From: a bacterium
Lineage (GTDB): Bacteria > Patescibacteriota > Minisyncoccia > Moranbacterales > UBA2206
Direction: 5' to 3'
NCBI GenBank assembly: GCA_043725085.1
Contig: JAYSLY010000007.1
Span: 1,471 to 65,470 of the forward strand
DNA: 64,000 bases
Positions 26,333 through 36,665 of the stretch are shown piece after piece. The position numbers and the translations under genes were made by a program. The notes beneath the pieces were generated by a model. The model saw only the letters and a program-made list of their open reading frames with translations, was not told the DNA's origin and searched no databases. The number at the start of each line of letters is the position of its first letter. Position 1 is the stretch's first letter.

Positions 26333-28399
26333 GTGAAAAATGAAAATATAAAAACAAAAATAAGTTTGTTTATATTCTTGCTTTTTTTAGCGGTGGCGTT
26401 TTTTTGTTTTGAGAAAAAATGTCTAGCCGAAAATAATGCCTTAGCCATCACAGAAATCATGTACTCCCCAACTGAAAATGAAGCTGGAGAAAAAGTAGAA
26501 TGGCTTGAATTATATGCCAATGCCGACAAAAATTTCATCTTGGGCTCAAACAAGCAACTAAAAAATTTTTATTTCTGCACAAAAAAAGGTTCCTCGGATA
26601 GCTCCTGTGCTGATAGTTCACATATTTTTGCAACATACGCTATCGATAGCAGTCTAGATATTAAAAAGGGTGATTTTATTATTGCAACAAAAAACCCGGA
26701 TGCTTTCAAAAATATCCCCGACGTCAAGATAATCAAAACATCTTCATCTTTCAATTTACTCTCTGATGAAAATGCCTTTATTGCTTACAGCGAAGACAAT
26801 AAAACCACTTGGAAAGAGCCGCTTAAATATGCTGAATTTTTTAGTAAAAAAGTTGCTGGATTTTCTTTAGAAAGAATTGATTTTAATAAAGATAATTCAA
26901 ACAGCAATTGGCAGGAAAGTTTTTGCCTTGGCGGATCCCTTGGTAAAGGAAGTACTCAACAAAAAGACTGCCCAAAAATTGAACCACTGCCACCCATTAA
27001 GCCGACAAGTAGCACCTATACTGGGAAGATAAAAATCAACGAAATTTTGCCGGCACCAAAAACCAAAAATGAGGAGAAAGAGTTTGTTGAACTGAAAAAT
27101 ATCTCGGATGAGAAGATTGATCTTTTTGGAATGTGGATTGAGGATGAAAAAAATCACAAAGTTTATTTCCCCGACGAAAAAATAGATCCCGGCAAACTCT
27201 ATTTTCTAGAAGGAAATTTCGAACTGAATAACACCACTCCCGACACAGCATTCCTCGTTGCCAAAAACGGCACCAAGGAAAAGCCAATTGATTCTGTACG
27301 CTATGAAAAACCCAAATATGACTACGCCTACGCCTGGAACGGCTCCGCTTGGCAATGGACAAGTAAAATTACCAAGGGAACAGAAAACGAATTTGATGAA
27401 ATACTTTCAGGAAAAATCAAAAAAGACAAAACAATCTATGCCGGAATATATGCCAACTTTGAAGTAAGGGCTGATGCTAAGGCTGAGCATTTCACTTGGG
27501 ATTTTGGCGACTCTCACAAGAGCTACCTCAAAAAAACTCGGCATAAATATGAAAAGGCCGGCACATATGATGCCACACTCAAAATCGCAGGGGAAGGTGA
27601 GGATAACTTACTCAGCTTTACCGTTGCAGTGGAAAAATATGGCAAAGCCAAGGTGCGCATCGTTTCACTCTCGCCCAATCCCAAAGGCCGTGACAGCGAA
27701 AACGAATGGATTGAAATTTTTAATAGCACCGAAAAGAAAATTAATCTCAAAAACTGGAGCGTTGCCACCGGCGCAAAAAATCTCTACAATCACCCGATCA
27801 CTAAAAATTTTATTTTCAAAGCCGGGGAGCAAAAAAAATTAACGCGCGATTTTTGCGCTTTTTCGCTGGGAAACAAACAAGCCAAAATTGAGTTGCGCTA
27901 TCCTAACGGAAAAGTGGCGGATAAAGTTAGATATGATCATGGAAATTCAATTTTAGAAGATGAACTGTATCAAAAAGAAGATAATATCTGGCAATGGACG
28001 GGAGGAACGCAAAAGACTCCAAAAGAAAATCAAACTGACACAGAGGCTGAAACACCAACTGAACCAGAAATCATCCTGGCAGATAGCGCACCAAAAAACG
28101 AGACCGATGAATCAAAAAAAGAGAATGTCGATTTTGATTTATCTGCTTTGGGGAAATATAGCGAGAATCCGACTTGGAGTGCCAAACAAAAAACACAAAC
28201 GATTTTACTTTTCGCCAACTCAAATATCAATCCCAAAAAATTTCTCGCAAAAAATCAAGGACAAGTTTTGGGGATTTTAACTGTGAAATATCCACAAACT
28301 GCCATGCCTTCAAAAAATTCTCGACAAGCATTGTTTTCATTGAAATATTTTTGGAAAATTATTAATCAAAAAATTAATTCATTTTTGAATAAATCATAA
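26333..28399 (+). CDS. secreted protein with three lamin-tail-domain (LTD) repeats and a PKD domain
   Basis: Signal peptide. ITEIMYSPTENEAGEKVEWLELYN, KINEILPAPKT...EFVELKN, SLSPNPKGRDSENEWIEIFN. PKD-like WDFGDSHKS...GTYDATL. Confidence 0.6.
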   Translation: MKNENIKTKISLFIFLLFLAVAFFCFEKKCLAENNALAITEIMYSPTENEAGEKVEWLELYANADKNFILGSNKQLKNFYFCTKKGSSDSSCADSSHIFATYAIDSSLDIKKGDFIIATKNPDAFKNIPDVKIIKTSSSFNLLSDENAFIAYSEDNKTTWKEPLKYAEFFSKKVAGFSLERIDFNKDNSNSNWQESFCLGGSLGKGSTQQKDCPKIEPLPPIKPTSSTYTGKIKINEILPAPKTKNEEKEFVELKNISDEKIDLFGMWIEDEKNHKVYFPDEKIDPGKLYFLEGNFELNNTTPDTAFLVAKNGTKEKPIDSVRYEKPKYDYAYAWNGSAWQWTSKITKGTENEFDEILSGKIKKDKTIYAGIYANFEVRADAKAEHFTWDFGDSHKSYLKKTRHKYEKAGTYDATLKIAGEGEDNLLSFTVAVEKYGKAKVRIVSLSPNPKGRDSENEWIEIFNSTEKKINLKNWSVATGAKNLYNHPITKNFIFKAGEQKKLTRDFCAFSLGNKQAKIELRYPNGKVADKVRYDHGNSILEDELYQKEDNIWQWTGGTQKTPKENQTDTEAETPTEPEIILADSAPKNETDESKKENVDFDLSALGKYSENPTWSAKQKTQTILLFANSNINPKKFLAKNQGQVLGILTVKYPQTAMPSKNSRQALFSLKYFWKIINQKINSFLNKS

Positions 28400-28510
28400 T
28401 CCACAGGGAACAAAGATAAAAATTATTTTTCCAAATAATTTTTTTCTTGAATTTCCCCCATCAAAGTGCTAAGCTTGCATTATACTAGATACTAAATACC
28501 ATATACTATT

Positions 28511-29224
28511 ATGTCAGGACACTCACACTGGGCAGGAATAAAGCAAAGAAAAGGCGTCAATGACGCTAAGCGCGGCAAAATTTTCACTAAATTTGGAAAA
28601 CTAGTGACCATTGCCGCAAGAGACGGCGGCGGAAAAATTGAAAGTAATTTTCAATTGCGTATGGCGGTTGACCGCGCGCGCGAGATGAATATGCCCAAGG
28701 AAAACATTGAACGAGCAATCAAGCGTGGCACAGGCGAGATCAAGGGCGCGATGATTGAAGAAGTACTCTATGAAGCGGTTGGACCAGGAGAGTTGATGAT
28801 CCTCATTTCTTGCACAACCGACAACAAAAACCGCACGGTTTCAGAAGTCAAAACCATTCTCACGAAAAATAATTCAAAGCTGGGAGAAAAAGGCAGCGCG
28901 ATGTGGAATTTTGAACAAGTTGGCAGCATCAGTGTTGATTTAGAAAATAAAGACGCGGACGAACTGGAAATGTTCGCCATTGAAGCTGGAGCCAAAGACA
29001 CGATCATCGAAGAAGGTTTGCTAAACATTATCACCGAAACAAAAGATTTTGCCCGTGTGCGTGAAAGCCTCTCAAAAGAAAATCTAAAAATTCTTGATTC
29101 GGGCCTGATTTATCTACCCAAAACAACCATCGCAACTGGCGAAAAAACCCGCGAAAGCTATGAAAATCTCATGGAACTGCTGGATGACCATGATGATGTG
29201 AGTGAAATTTATAGTAATCTATAA
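28511..29224 (+). CDS. yebC: YebC/PmpR-family transcriptional regulator
   Basis: MSGHSHWAGIKQRKG... Confidence 0.85.
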   Translation: MSGHSHWAGIKQRKGVNDAKRGKIFTKFGKLVTIAARDGGGKIESNFQLRMAVDRAREMNMPKENIERAIKRGTGEIKGAMIEEVLYEAVGPGELMILISCTTDNKNRTVSEVKTILTKNNSKLGEKGSAMWNFEQVGSISVDLENKDADELEMFAIEAGAKDTIIEEGLLNIITETKDFARVRESLSKENLKILDSGLIYLPKTTIATGEKTRESYENLMELLDDHDDVSEIYSNL

Positions 29225-29226
29225 TT

Positions 29227-29736
29227 ATGAAAATCCTCGGCATTGACCCTGGCACTGCCACCACTGGCTGGGCAATTATTGAAGTTAAAGGCGACAAACT
29301 CCTGCCTTTGGCTTATGGCCACATCAGCACGGAAAAAACCCATTCTGATGATGAGCGTATTTTGGAGATTTCGGATGATTTAGCAAAAATAATTCAAAAA
29401 CACAAACCGTCTGAAGCGGCAATTGAAAGCCTTTTTTTCTTCAAAAACCAAAAAACCGTCATCCAAGTGGCTCAATCTCGTGGCGCGATTCTCTTGACAT
29501 TAGGCCAAAATAGTGTTAAGGTGTTTAGTTATACTCCGCTCCAAGTCAAGCAAGCCCTCACAGGCTATGGCCGGGCGGAAAAAAAACAAATGCAACAGAT
29601 GATTAAGAGCGTTTTGCACCTAAGTTGCATCCCTAAGCCCGATGACACCGCTGACGCACTGGCTATTGCCGTGTGTCATGCCAATAGTCGTGCCATAATT
29701 AGCCTAAAATCAACTTCGCTCAACCTCCCCTGCTAA
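29227..29736 (+). CDS. ruvC: Holliday junction resolvase RuvC
   Basis: MKILGIDPGTATTGWAIIE. Confidence 0.85.
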   Translation: MKILGIDPGTATTGWAIIEVKGDKLLPLAYGHISTEKTHSDDERILEISDDLAKIIQKHKPSEAAIESLFFFKNQKTVIQVAQSRGAILLTLGQNSVKVFSYTPLQVKQALTGYGRAEKKQMQQMIKSVLHLSCIPKPDDTADALAIAVCHANSRAIISLKSTSLNLPC

Positions 29737-29779
29737 AGCTACGGCGGGTCAAGAGCTATGTCGTATCAAAGAAAAAATT

Positions 29780-30445
29780 ATGAATGAAATTAATTTTAGC
29801 GTTAGTCCTATTTTGACATTTTTTCTCAATGAAGGAGTGCCGTTTGAAACAATCAAGCTAATCCTCATACTTCCAATTATTGCTACGCTCATCGCCTTCT
29901 TGCGCCAAGTAGTTGGAATCAAGGCTTTTGGCATCTACACTCCACTCTTAGTCACCTTTGCCTTTTTGGCAACTGACGGTTTGAAGTACGGTCTTTTGAT
30001 TTTTGCAATGATTATTCTTATTGGCATGCTGATGCGTATTGCGCTCAAATCCTTCCGCCTGCTCTATCTTCCGCGTGTAGCCATCATGCTCACTGTCGTA
30101 GCGCTTTCTATTCTGGTGATTTTGGCAATTAGTGGCAGTCTCAAGAGAACAGGCCTTGCCTCTGTTTCCATCTTCCCTATTCTCATTATGATTACTCTCG
30201 TGGAAAAATTCATCGCAGTGCAAATTGAAAAAGGTGACCGCGCCGCGATACTTCTTGCCACAGAGACCTTGATTATTTCGATCTTAGGCTTTTACATCGC
30301 TAGTTGGGAAACACTCATCCATTTTATTGCTTTTTATCCTTGGATTATTCTTCTCACTATTCCTTTTAATATTCTTTTGGGCAAATGGACGGGACTTCGC
30401 CTGAGTGAATATTTGCGTTTTGGGGAGATTATAAAAAGAAGCTAA
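29780..30445 (+). CDS. 7-TM membrane protein (7TM module of the alpha-L-glutamate-ligase-related cassette, without a transglutaminase-like domain)
   Basis: Seven hydrophobic helices in 221 aa. Lies 3 nt upstream of the ligase gene. Confidence 0.45.
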   Translation: MNEINFSVSPILTFFLNEGVPFETIKLILILPIIATLIAFLRQVVGIKAFGIYTPLLVTFAFLATDGLKYGLLIFAMIILIGMLMRIALKSFRLLYLPRVAIMLTVVALSILVILAISGSLKRTGLASVSIFPILIMITLVEKFIAVQIEKGDRAAILLATETLIISILGFYIASWETLIHFIAFYPWIILLTIPFNILLGKWTGLRLSEYLRFGEIIKRS

Positions 30446-30448
30446 GTT

Positions 30449-31882
30449 ATGTTTGAATTTACTAAAAAAAAATTTGCCTATTTGCCCTCTAGGCAGGCAC
30501 GTGGAATTTTAGGGATGAACTCCAGAAATTTGGACTACATCCGTCCCTATAATCGTACTCGCGCCAAACGCCTTGCGGACAACAAGCTGCTTAGCAAGAG
30601 GATTCTTAAAAAAAATGATATTGCTGTTCCAGCGCTCATTTCTCAAATCAAAACCCTGGAAGATTTGGATAATTTTGATTGGCAAAAATTACCGGATAGT
30701 TTTGTTTTGAAACCTAATCGCGGTTTTGGCGGCGAAGGCATTATCGTTGTTTATGGCAGAAAAAAGCACCGAGACGATGCGTGGGTAAAAGCCGATGGAT
30801 CAATTATCACAATTGATGATCTCAAGAATCACACCAGAAATATCTTAGACGGTTCATATTCTTTGTCCGGCATTCCCGACACGGCTTTTTTTGAGGAACG
30901 CTTGAAACTTTTGAAACTTTTCAAACCATACGCCTTTAAGGGCATCCCCGATATTCGTATCATCGTTTTTAATAAGATGCCGATTATGGCGATGCTTCGA
31001 CTTCCCACCAGAGAATCAAATGGAAAGGCTAACCTCGCGCAAGGGGCAATTGGCGTGGGAATCGACCTCGCCTCCGGCGTTACCACAACGGCGGTTTTGG
31101 GCAAACAAAAAATCATCGAATATCTTCCCGGCACAAGACTCTTACTCTCCGGTATTAAAATTCCCTATTGGCTGGATATCTTAAATTTAGCTGTTCGCTC
31201 ACAAGAAATTTCCGGTCTGGGGTTTCTTGGTGTAGACGTAGCAATCGATAAAGAGCGTGGGCCGGTCATCCTAGAGCTCAATGCTCGCCCGGGCTTGGCT
31301 ATTCAAATCGCCAATCTCGACGGGCTGAAATGGCGACTCAAGAAAGCCGCTGGCATTAAAATTAAAACGGCAAAAAAGGGCATCCGCGTCGGCATGGATC
31401 TTTTCGGAGGAGAAATCGAAGAAGAATTGGAGGAAATTTCCGGAAAAAAAGTGATCGGCACCGTCGAAAAAGTGAAGCTGCTTGGCAAAGACGGAAAAGA
31501 AATTGAAGTGGAGGCGAGAATCGATACCGGTGCAGGAATCTCGGCAATAGATAAGAAGCTAGCTCAAGAACTGGGCTTTAGTGAAGCAGTTAAACTATGG
31601 GAAGACCTTCATCTTGACAAAGTCTTTGACGAAGAAGAAATCAAAACGCTTAGCCAAAATGAAACATGGAAAAAGCTGGAAAAACACCCGGATATTGTCG
31701 GGGTAGCTAAAACTTTTTCTTCTCATGGCGCTACTTATCGGATTGAAATCAAGCTTTCAATAATTTTAGATAATCAAGAGATTGCTTCCAAACTTTCCAT
31801 TGCTAATCGTGAAGGATTAACTTATCCGGTTTTGGTTGGAAGGCGCGACTTAAGAAAATATTTAATTGATACAAGCAAATGA
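30449..31882 (+). CDS. alpha-L-glutamate-ligase-related ATP-grasp enzyme fused to a C-terminal retropepsin-like (RimB / 'putative ATP-dependent zinc protease' family) domain
   Basis: N-terminal ILGMNSRNLDYIRPYNRTRAKRLADNKLLSK. C-terminal domain with IDTGAGISAI (D-T-G-A). Confidence 0.55.
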   Translation: MFEFTKKKFAYLPSRQARGILGMNSRNLDYIRPYNRTRAKRLADNKLLSKRILKKNDIAVPALISQIKTLEDLDNFDWQKLPDSFVLKPNRGFGGEGIIVVYGRKKHRDDAWVKADGSIITIDDLKNHTRNILDGSYSLSGIPDTAFFEERLKLLKLFKPYAFKGIPDIRIIVFNKMPIMAMLRLPTRESNGKANLAQGAIGVGIDLASGVTTTAVLGKQKIIEYLPGTRLLLSGIKIPYWLDILNLAVRSQEISGLGFLGVDVAIDKERGPVILELNARPGLAIQIANLDGLKWRLKKAAGIKIKTAKKGIRVGMDLFGGEIEEELEEISGKKVIGTVEKVKLLGKDGKEIEVEARIDTGAGISAIDKKLAQELGFSEAVKLWEDLHLDKVFDEEEIKTLSQNETWKKLEKHPDIVGVAKTFSSHGATYRIEIKLSIILDNQEIASKLSIANREGLTYPVLVGRRDLRKYLIDTSK

Positions 31883-32787
31883 AAACGATTTTAACCCTAT
31901 ACAGTCAACCGTTTCCGCAAACAATGCTCAAAGTTTCAGAAGATTTTTATGCTTACGCAAATAAAAATGGACTAATAATTTGCCGGGGTTTTATCATAGA
32001 CTTTGACCCTAAAAAGGGCGCCTTCAAAAAGGCGCTGTTCTTTGAGAATAAAAAATGGATTTGGGAAAAAAACATTAAACCGGATTTCATCCACGATCGT
32101 TCATTACATTACCAAAAAGAGCCAAATCTTTCTTTAAAAAAAATCATTGAAGCAACTTTTCCTTTTTTCAATCACATCGAACTAAGCGAGATAATGACTA
32201 ATAAATGGAGTACCTATAAAAACTTTAAAAAATATTCTCCCAAATTAGTCAAAATTGAAAAAGAATCCGACCTAAAAAAACTCGCCCTACTTTCTTCAAA
32301 CAGAATTATTCTCAAGCCCATTCACGGCTCTGGCGGAATGGGCATTAAAATAGTTGCAAAAAATAGTCCGACAGAAATGCCATATCCCTTTCTTGCCCAA
32401 GAATTAATTGAAACTAATGGCTACAAGAACTGGGCTTTGGGAGCTCACGACTTTCGAGTCATGGTAATTAATGAACGCCCCTTCCACTCATTCTTAAGAA
32501 TCCCTCCTCAAGGTAAACTAATCGCCAATCTTGCTCAAGGAGGCAAAATAAAACTAATTAATCTAAAAGAGCTGCCAGACAGCATTCATACTATTTTAAA
32601 GTACGCTTCTAAAAAATTTGCTAGATTCGAAAAAAAAATGTATGCGATTGACTTCATCTTTGACAAAAATGAACGCCCATGGATAATTGAACTAAACTCT
32701 CGTCCAGGAATCGCACTGGAAAAAGAAGAATTGCCTGTTCGAATCGATTATTATAATAATTTGATAAATTTTTATCTAAGCTTATGA
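31879..32787 (+). CDS. ATP-grasp family ligase
   Basis: KPIHGSGGMGI, DFRVMVINERP, RIPPQGKLIANLAQGG. ATGA overlap with the upstream gene. Confidence 0.5.
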   Translation: MKTILTLYSQPFPQTMLKVSEDFYAYANKNGLIICRGFIIDFDPKKGAFKKALFFENKKWIWEKNIKPDFIHDRSLHYQKEPNLSLKKIIEATFPFFNHIELSEIMTNKWSTYKNFKKYSPKLVKIEKESDLKKLALLSSNRIILKPIHGSGGMGIKIVAKNSPTEMPYPFLAQELIETNGYKNWALGAHDFRVMVINERPFHSFLRIPPQGKLIANLAQGGKIKLINLKELPDSIHTILKYASKKFARFEKKMYAIDFIFDKNERPWIIELNSRPGIALEKEELPVRIDYYNNLINFYLSL

Positions 32788-33695
32788 AAATCTGCGTAAT
32801 ATCTTCTCATTTTGGCTTGCATGCGCCGACGAGAATAATAGAGGAGGGCAAAAAACGAGGGCACGAAATGCACCTAACAACCTGGGAAGACTTACGCATT
32901 GACATTTCAAACGATCATTTTTATCTTGGAGATGAACAAAAATCCCTAAGCGAATTTGATGCTATCATTCCTCGTAGTGACCGCTATAACCTACGATTAT
33001 CCCCGCAAAAAAGAGTAACGAAAAATATGAATACGCTCTTTAGATTGACACTCGAATATGCCAGAAAAAATAATATTTTCTTTCTAAATAGTGTTTATTT
33101 TTCTTCTTACCAGAGTCTAGATAAGATGGCGCAACAGTTTTTTTTCTTCCAAAACAATTTGCCCGGGATCAACACGTCTTACTTTTCTTCTCCTGAAAAT
33201 TTTGAAAAGAAATTAAAAACTTTCCCCATTGTTGCCAAGGTCGCTGAAGGTAGTACTGGCACTAGCGTGTTCAAATTAAATAACCCGACTGAACTGGCAT
33301 CCTTCATTGATGATCGCAATACTGATGGAAGTTTTTTCATTTTTCAAAAATTCCACAAAATAAAAAATGACTACCGCGTACTAGTTGTCGGAAAAAAAGT
33401 CTTAGGCATAATGAAGCGCTTGCCAAAAAATGGAGAATGGCGAACCAATTTTTCCCTGGGAGGAGATGTATTAGCAGAAAAAAATGATCCGGAAATGATA
33501 AAGCTATCCTTAGATATAGCAAAAAAAATGGGTTTTGATTATGTTGGCATTGATCTGCTTAAAGACGGCGGTCGTTTGCACATTATTGAGACCAACTCAC
33601 TGCCCCAATTTAAGGGCTTCGAGAAAGCCTTCCCAAAAATTAACGTTGCCCAAGAATTAATTAAATTGGTTGAAAAAAACGCAACTAAAAAATAA
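32784..33695 (+). CDS. RimK-type ATP-grasp ligase
   Basis: DYRVLVVGKKVLGIMKRLPKNGEWRTNFSLGG matches the RimK motif. ATGA overlap with the upstream gene. Confidence 0.55.
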   Translation: MKICVISSHFGLHAPTRIIEEGKKRGHEMHLTTWEDLRIDISNDHFYLGDEQKSLSEFDAIIPRSDRYNLRLSPQKRVTKNMNTLFRLTLEYARKNNIFFLNSVYFSSYQSLDKMAQQFFFFQNNLPGINTSYFSSPENFEKKLKTFPIVAKVAEGSTGTSVFKLNNPTELASFIDDRNTDGSFFIFQKFHKIKNDYRVLVVGKKVLGIMKRLPKNGEWRTNFSLGGDVLAEKNDPEMIKLSLDIAKKMGFDYVGIDLLKDGGRLHIIETNSLPQFKGFEKAFPKINVAQELIKLVEKNATKK

Positions 33696-33787
33696 ACTGC
33701 CGATCAATATCTCCTTGATACTTCACCCAAAAAATGCTAAACTGCATACTAGCTTTAGTTTAGGCCTAATTAGTCTAATCTTATTTT

Positions 33788-36370
33788 ATGCAAAATATTT
33801 TTTCTCCCAAACTGCCCAAAACTTTCGCTCCACACAAATCACACTGGTGGAGACGAAAATGGAATTGGAAATTTCTTTTTAAGCTTTTTGGCATTGGGGC
33901 TAGTATTGTTCTTCTTTTAATCATTGGCGTTTTTGCCTATTTTTTCAAAGACCTGCCGGATCCTGGCAAAATCAATAACCGCTTCATTCCTGAATCAACC
34001 AAGATCTATGACCGAACAGGCACGCATCTGCTCTATGACGTTCATGGCGAAGAAAAAAGAACCCAGATTGATTTTACCCAGATGCCCGATGTCTTGAAAT
34101 ATGCCACGATCAGCCTGGAAGACCAAGACTTCTACAGCCATCACGGCATCAAGCTTACCTCCATTATCCGCTCGGTGCTAAATGACATTATCCACCTCGG
34201 CAAAGCACAAGGAGGATCAACCATTACCCAGCAGTTTGTTAAAAACTCCCTTCTTTCTAATGAAAAAACCTTAATCAGAAAGGTCAAGGAAGTAATTCTT
34301 TCCCTCGAATTGGAGACAAAGTTTTCCAAAAATGAGATCCTGGCGATGTACCTCAATGAAATTCCCTATGGCTCCAACGCCTATGGAGTTGAAGCGGCGG
34401 CTCAGACATTTTTTGGAAAATCCGCCAAAGACCTCACCCTTGATGAAGCAGCCACCATCGCCGCTCTTCCTCAAGCCACAACATACTACTCCCCTTATGG
34501 CTCGCACACTGACGCTCTCATCGGAAGAAGGGATTACGCGCTAAAAACCATGGCAAAACTTGGATATATCACACAAGATCAAGCCACTGAAGCGATAAAC
34601 ACCCCGACTCTCGCCAAAATAAACCCCCAAAAAGACATAATCGCCGCGCCACATTTTGTGATGTATATCAAAGATTATCTGCAACAAAAATATGGCGACC
34701 AAGCCGTGGAACAGGGTGGTCTTAAGGTTTATACCACCCTCGATTGGGACAAACAGCAGCTAGCGGAAAAAGTTGTGAAAGATGGCGCAACAAAAAATAC
34801 CACCACCTACAAAGCTGCCAATGCCGGACTTGTGGCAATGGACCCTAAAACCGGACAAGTTTTGGCGATGGTTGGTTCTAAGGACTATTTTGCCCCAAGC
34901 GAACCAGCTGGCTGCATTCCGGGGAAAAGCTGCGTTTTCGAGCCAAATGTTAATGTTGCTACCTCGCTCCTTCAGCCAGGTTCCTCTTTTAAGCCCTATG
35001 TCTATCTGACAGCTTTTGAAAAAGGCTTCACTCCGGAAACAAACATTTGGGATGTTGACACAAACTTTAGCACTGATGATGGCAAAACCTATGACCCTAA
35101 AAATTATGACGGAAAAAATTCCGGCCTCATGCAGATGAAAGATGCCCTCGCCAGATCGCTTAACGTTCCAGCCGTAAAAACGCTCTATTTAGCCGGGGTA
35201 AAAGAATCAATCAACACCGCAAAAAGCATGGGCATCACCACTCTCAATGATCCCAATCGTTACGGGCTATCGCTTGTGCTTGGCGGCGGCGAAGTAAAAC
35301 TCCTTGATCATGTTAATGCCTTTTCTACCTTTGCCACTGACGGAATTCACCACCCAACAACAGCAATCTTGCGCATTGAAGATAGCAAAGGAACTGTTTT
35401 GGAAAAATACAACGATAACCCGGGAGAAAAAGTGATTGATGAAAAATATATCGCCATGATTGATTACATCATGTCCACCAATAGCCTGCGTGCACCGGTT
35501 TTTGGCGACAAAAACCCTCTGAGCTTTGATGACCGCTCTGTCGCTGCCAAAACTGGAACGACAAATGATTGGCGTGATGGTTGGACAATGGGCTATACTC
35601 CGTCACTCGCGGTCGGTGTTTGGGCAGGCAACAATGACCATTCTACTATGAAGCAAGGAGCGGATGGAATTTTCGTGGCTGCTCCAATTTGGCGCGCCTT
35701 TATGGATGAAGCCCTAAAAAACACCAACAAAGAATCTTTCCCTGAATACAAACAAGAAGACACAGGGAAAGACGTGCTTGACGGAAAATTAAGCATGAAA
35801 CAAGAATTAAAGGTTTGTAAAATTCCCGGGGGGAATAAATACTGCTTAGCTAGCTCAGCTTGTCCAGACAAAGAAGTGGATAAGAAAAAGTTCTCTGATG
35901 TTCATAGTATTCTCTATTATGTGAATAAAGATGATCCCCGTGGTGACGCCCCATCGGACCCCAAAAGCGATCCGCAATTTTCCAATTGGGAGACTGGAGT
36001 CAAAAATTGGCTAAAAGACAACGGCTATTCCTCAGATGGCGCCCCTCAAGATGAATGCAAGGAAAAAGATTTTTCAAAATACAAACTTAGTATTGATAGT
36101 ATTTCCCCAACTGATGGCACAACCATCACATCCTCTTCCTTTTCCATTTCAACCAAACTCTCCGCCCCTTATGGTGTCAAAAAAGTAACAATTAGTGTTA
36201 ATGGTAACGAAATTGCCTCTGGTGGCAACGATTCATTGAGCACAACTTACACAATTCCAAGCGATAAATATAGCTCCAGCTTAGAAATCAAAGTTGACGC
36301 CACAGATAACAATGGCAATTCTGATTCAAAAAGCATCAACGTAAACACAAATATTTCTGCGACGCCGTAA
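33788..36370 (+). CDS. class A penicillin-binding protein (glycosyltransferase + transpeptidase) with a C-terminal Ig-like extension
   Basis: EDQDFYSHHGI, GGSTITQQ, SSFKP, KTGT. Confidence 0.85.
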   Translation: MQNIFSPKLPKTFAPHKSHWWRRKWNWKFLFKLFGIGASIVLLLIIGVFAYFFKDLPDPGKINNRFIPESTKIYDRTGTHLLYDVHGEEKRTQIDFTQMPDVLKYATISLEDQDFYSHHGIKLTSIIRSVLNDIIHLGKAQGGSTITQQFVKNSLLSNEKTLIRKVKEVILSLELETKFSKNEILAMYLNEIPYGSNAYGVEAAAQTFFGKSAKDLTLDEAATIAALPQATTYYSPYGSHTDALIGRRDYALKTMAKLGYITQDQATEAINTPTLAKINPQKDIIAAPHFVMYIKDYLQQKYGDQAVEQGGLKVYTTLDWDKQQLAEKVVKDGATKNTTTYKAANAGLVAMDPKTGQVLAMVGSKDYFAPSEPAGCIPGKSCVFEPNVNVATSLLQPGSSFKPYVYLTAFEKGFTPETNIWDVDTNFSTDDGKTYDPKNYDGKNSGLMQMKDALARSLNVPAVKTLYLAGVKESINTAKSMGITTLNDPNRYGLSLVLGGGEVKLLDHVNAFSTFATDGIHHPTTAILRIEDSKGTVLEKYNDNPGEKVIDEKYIAMIDYIMSTNSLRAPVFGDKNPLSFDDRSVAAKTGTTNDWRDGWTMGYTPSLAVGVWAGNNDHSTMKQGADGIFVAAPIWRAFMDEALKNTNKESFPEYKQEDTGKDVLDGKLSMKQELKVCKIPGGNKYCLASSACPDKEVDKKKFSDVHSILYYVNKDDPRGDAPSDPKSDPQFSNWETGVKNWLKDNGYSSDGAPQDECKEKDFSKYKLSIDSISPTDGTTITSSSFSISTKLSAPYGVKKVTISVNGNEIASGGNDSLSTTYTIPSDKYSSSLEIKVDATDNNGNSDSKSINVNTNISATP

Positions 36371-36372
36371 GA

Positions 36373-36654
36373 TTATTTCATTTTAATATTCTCCACCCCA
36401 TCTTCCCCAAGCTCTTCGTTTATTTTCTGAATAATTCGCGCTTTATTTGTCCAAAGTTCGGCCGACCAAGCGCTGTTTTGAGCCCTGACAAATAAGATTC
36501 GCTTGGCAAAATAGTCTGGAGTAAATTTAGATTTACCAATTTGGCCAAATTCTTCTTCAATCACCTTTTTGAACACAAAAAAAACAGTCTTGTCATCAAG
36601 GATCTGTTTTTTTTGTAATTTCCTGCCACTTAAAATATCTCCAAGCGCCTTCAT
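36373..36654 (-). CDS. DUF721 (DciA-like) protein
   Basis: LFVRAQNSAWSAELWTNKARIIQKINEELG. Position immediately downstream of dnaN. Confidence 0.55.
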   Translation of the reverse strand: MKALGDILSGRKLQKKQILDDKTVFFVFKKVIEEEFGQIGKSKFTPDYFAKRILFVRAQNSAWSAELWTNKARIIQKINEELGEDGVENIKMK

Positions 36655-36665
36655 ATTTTTAACCT

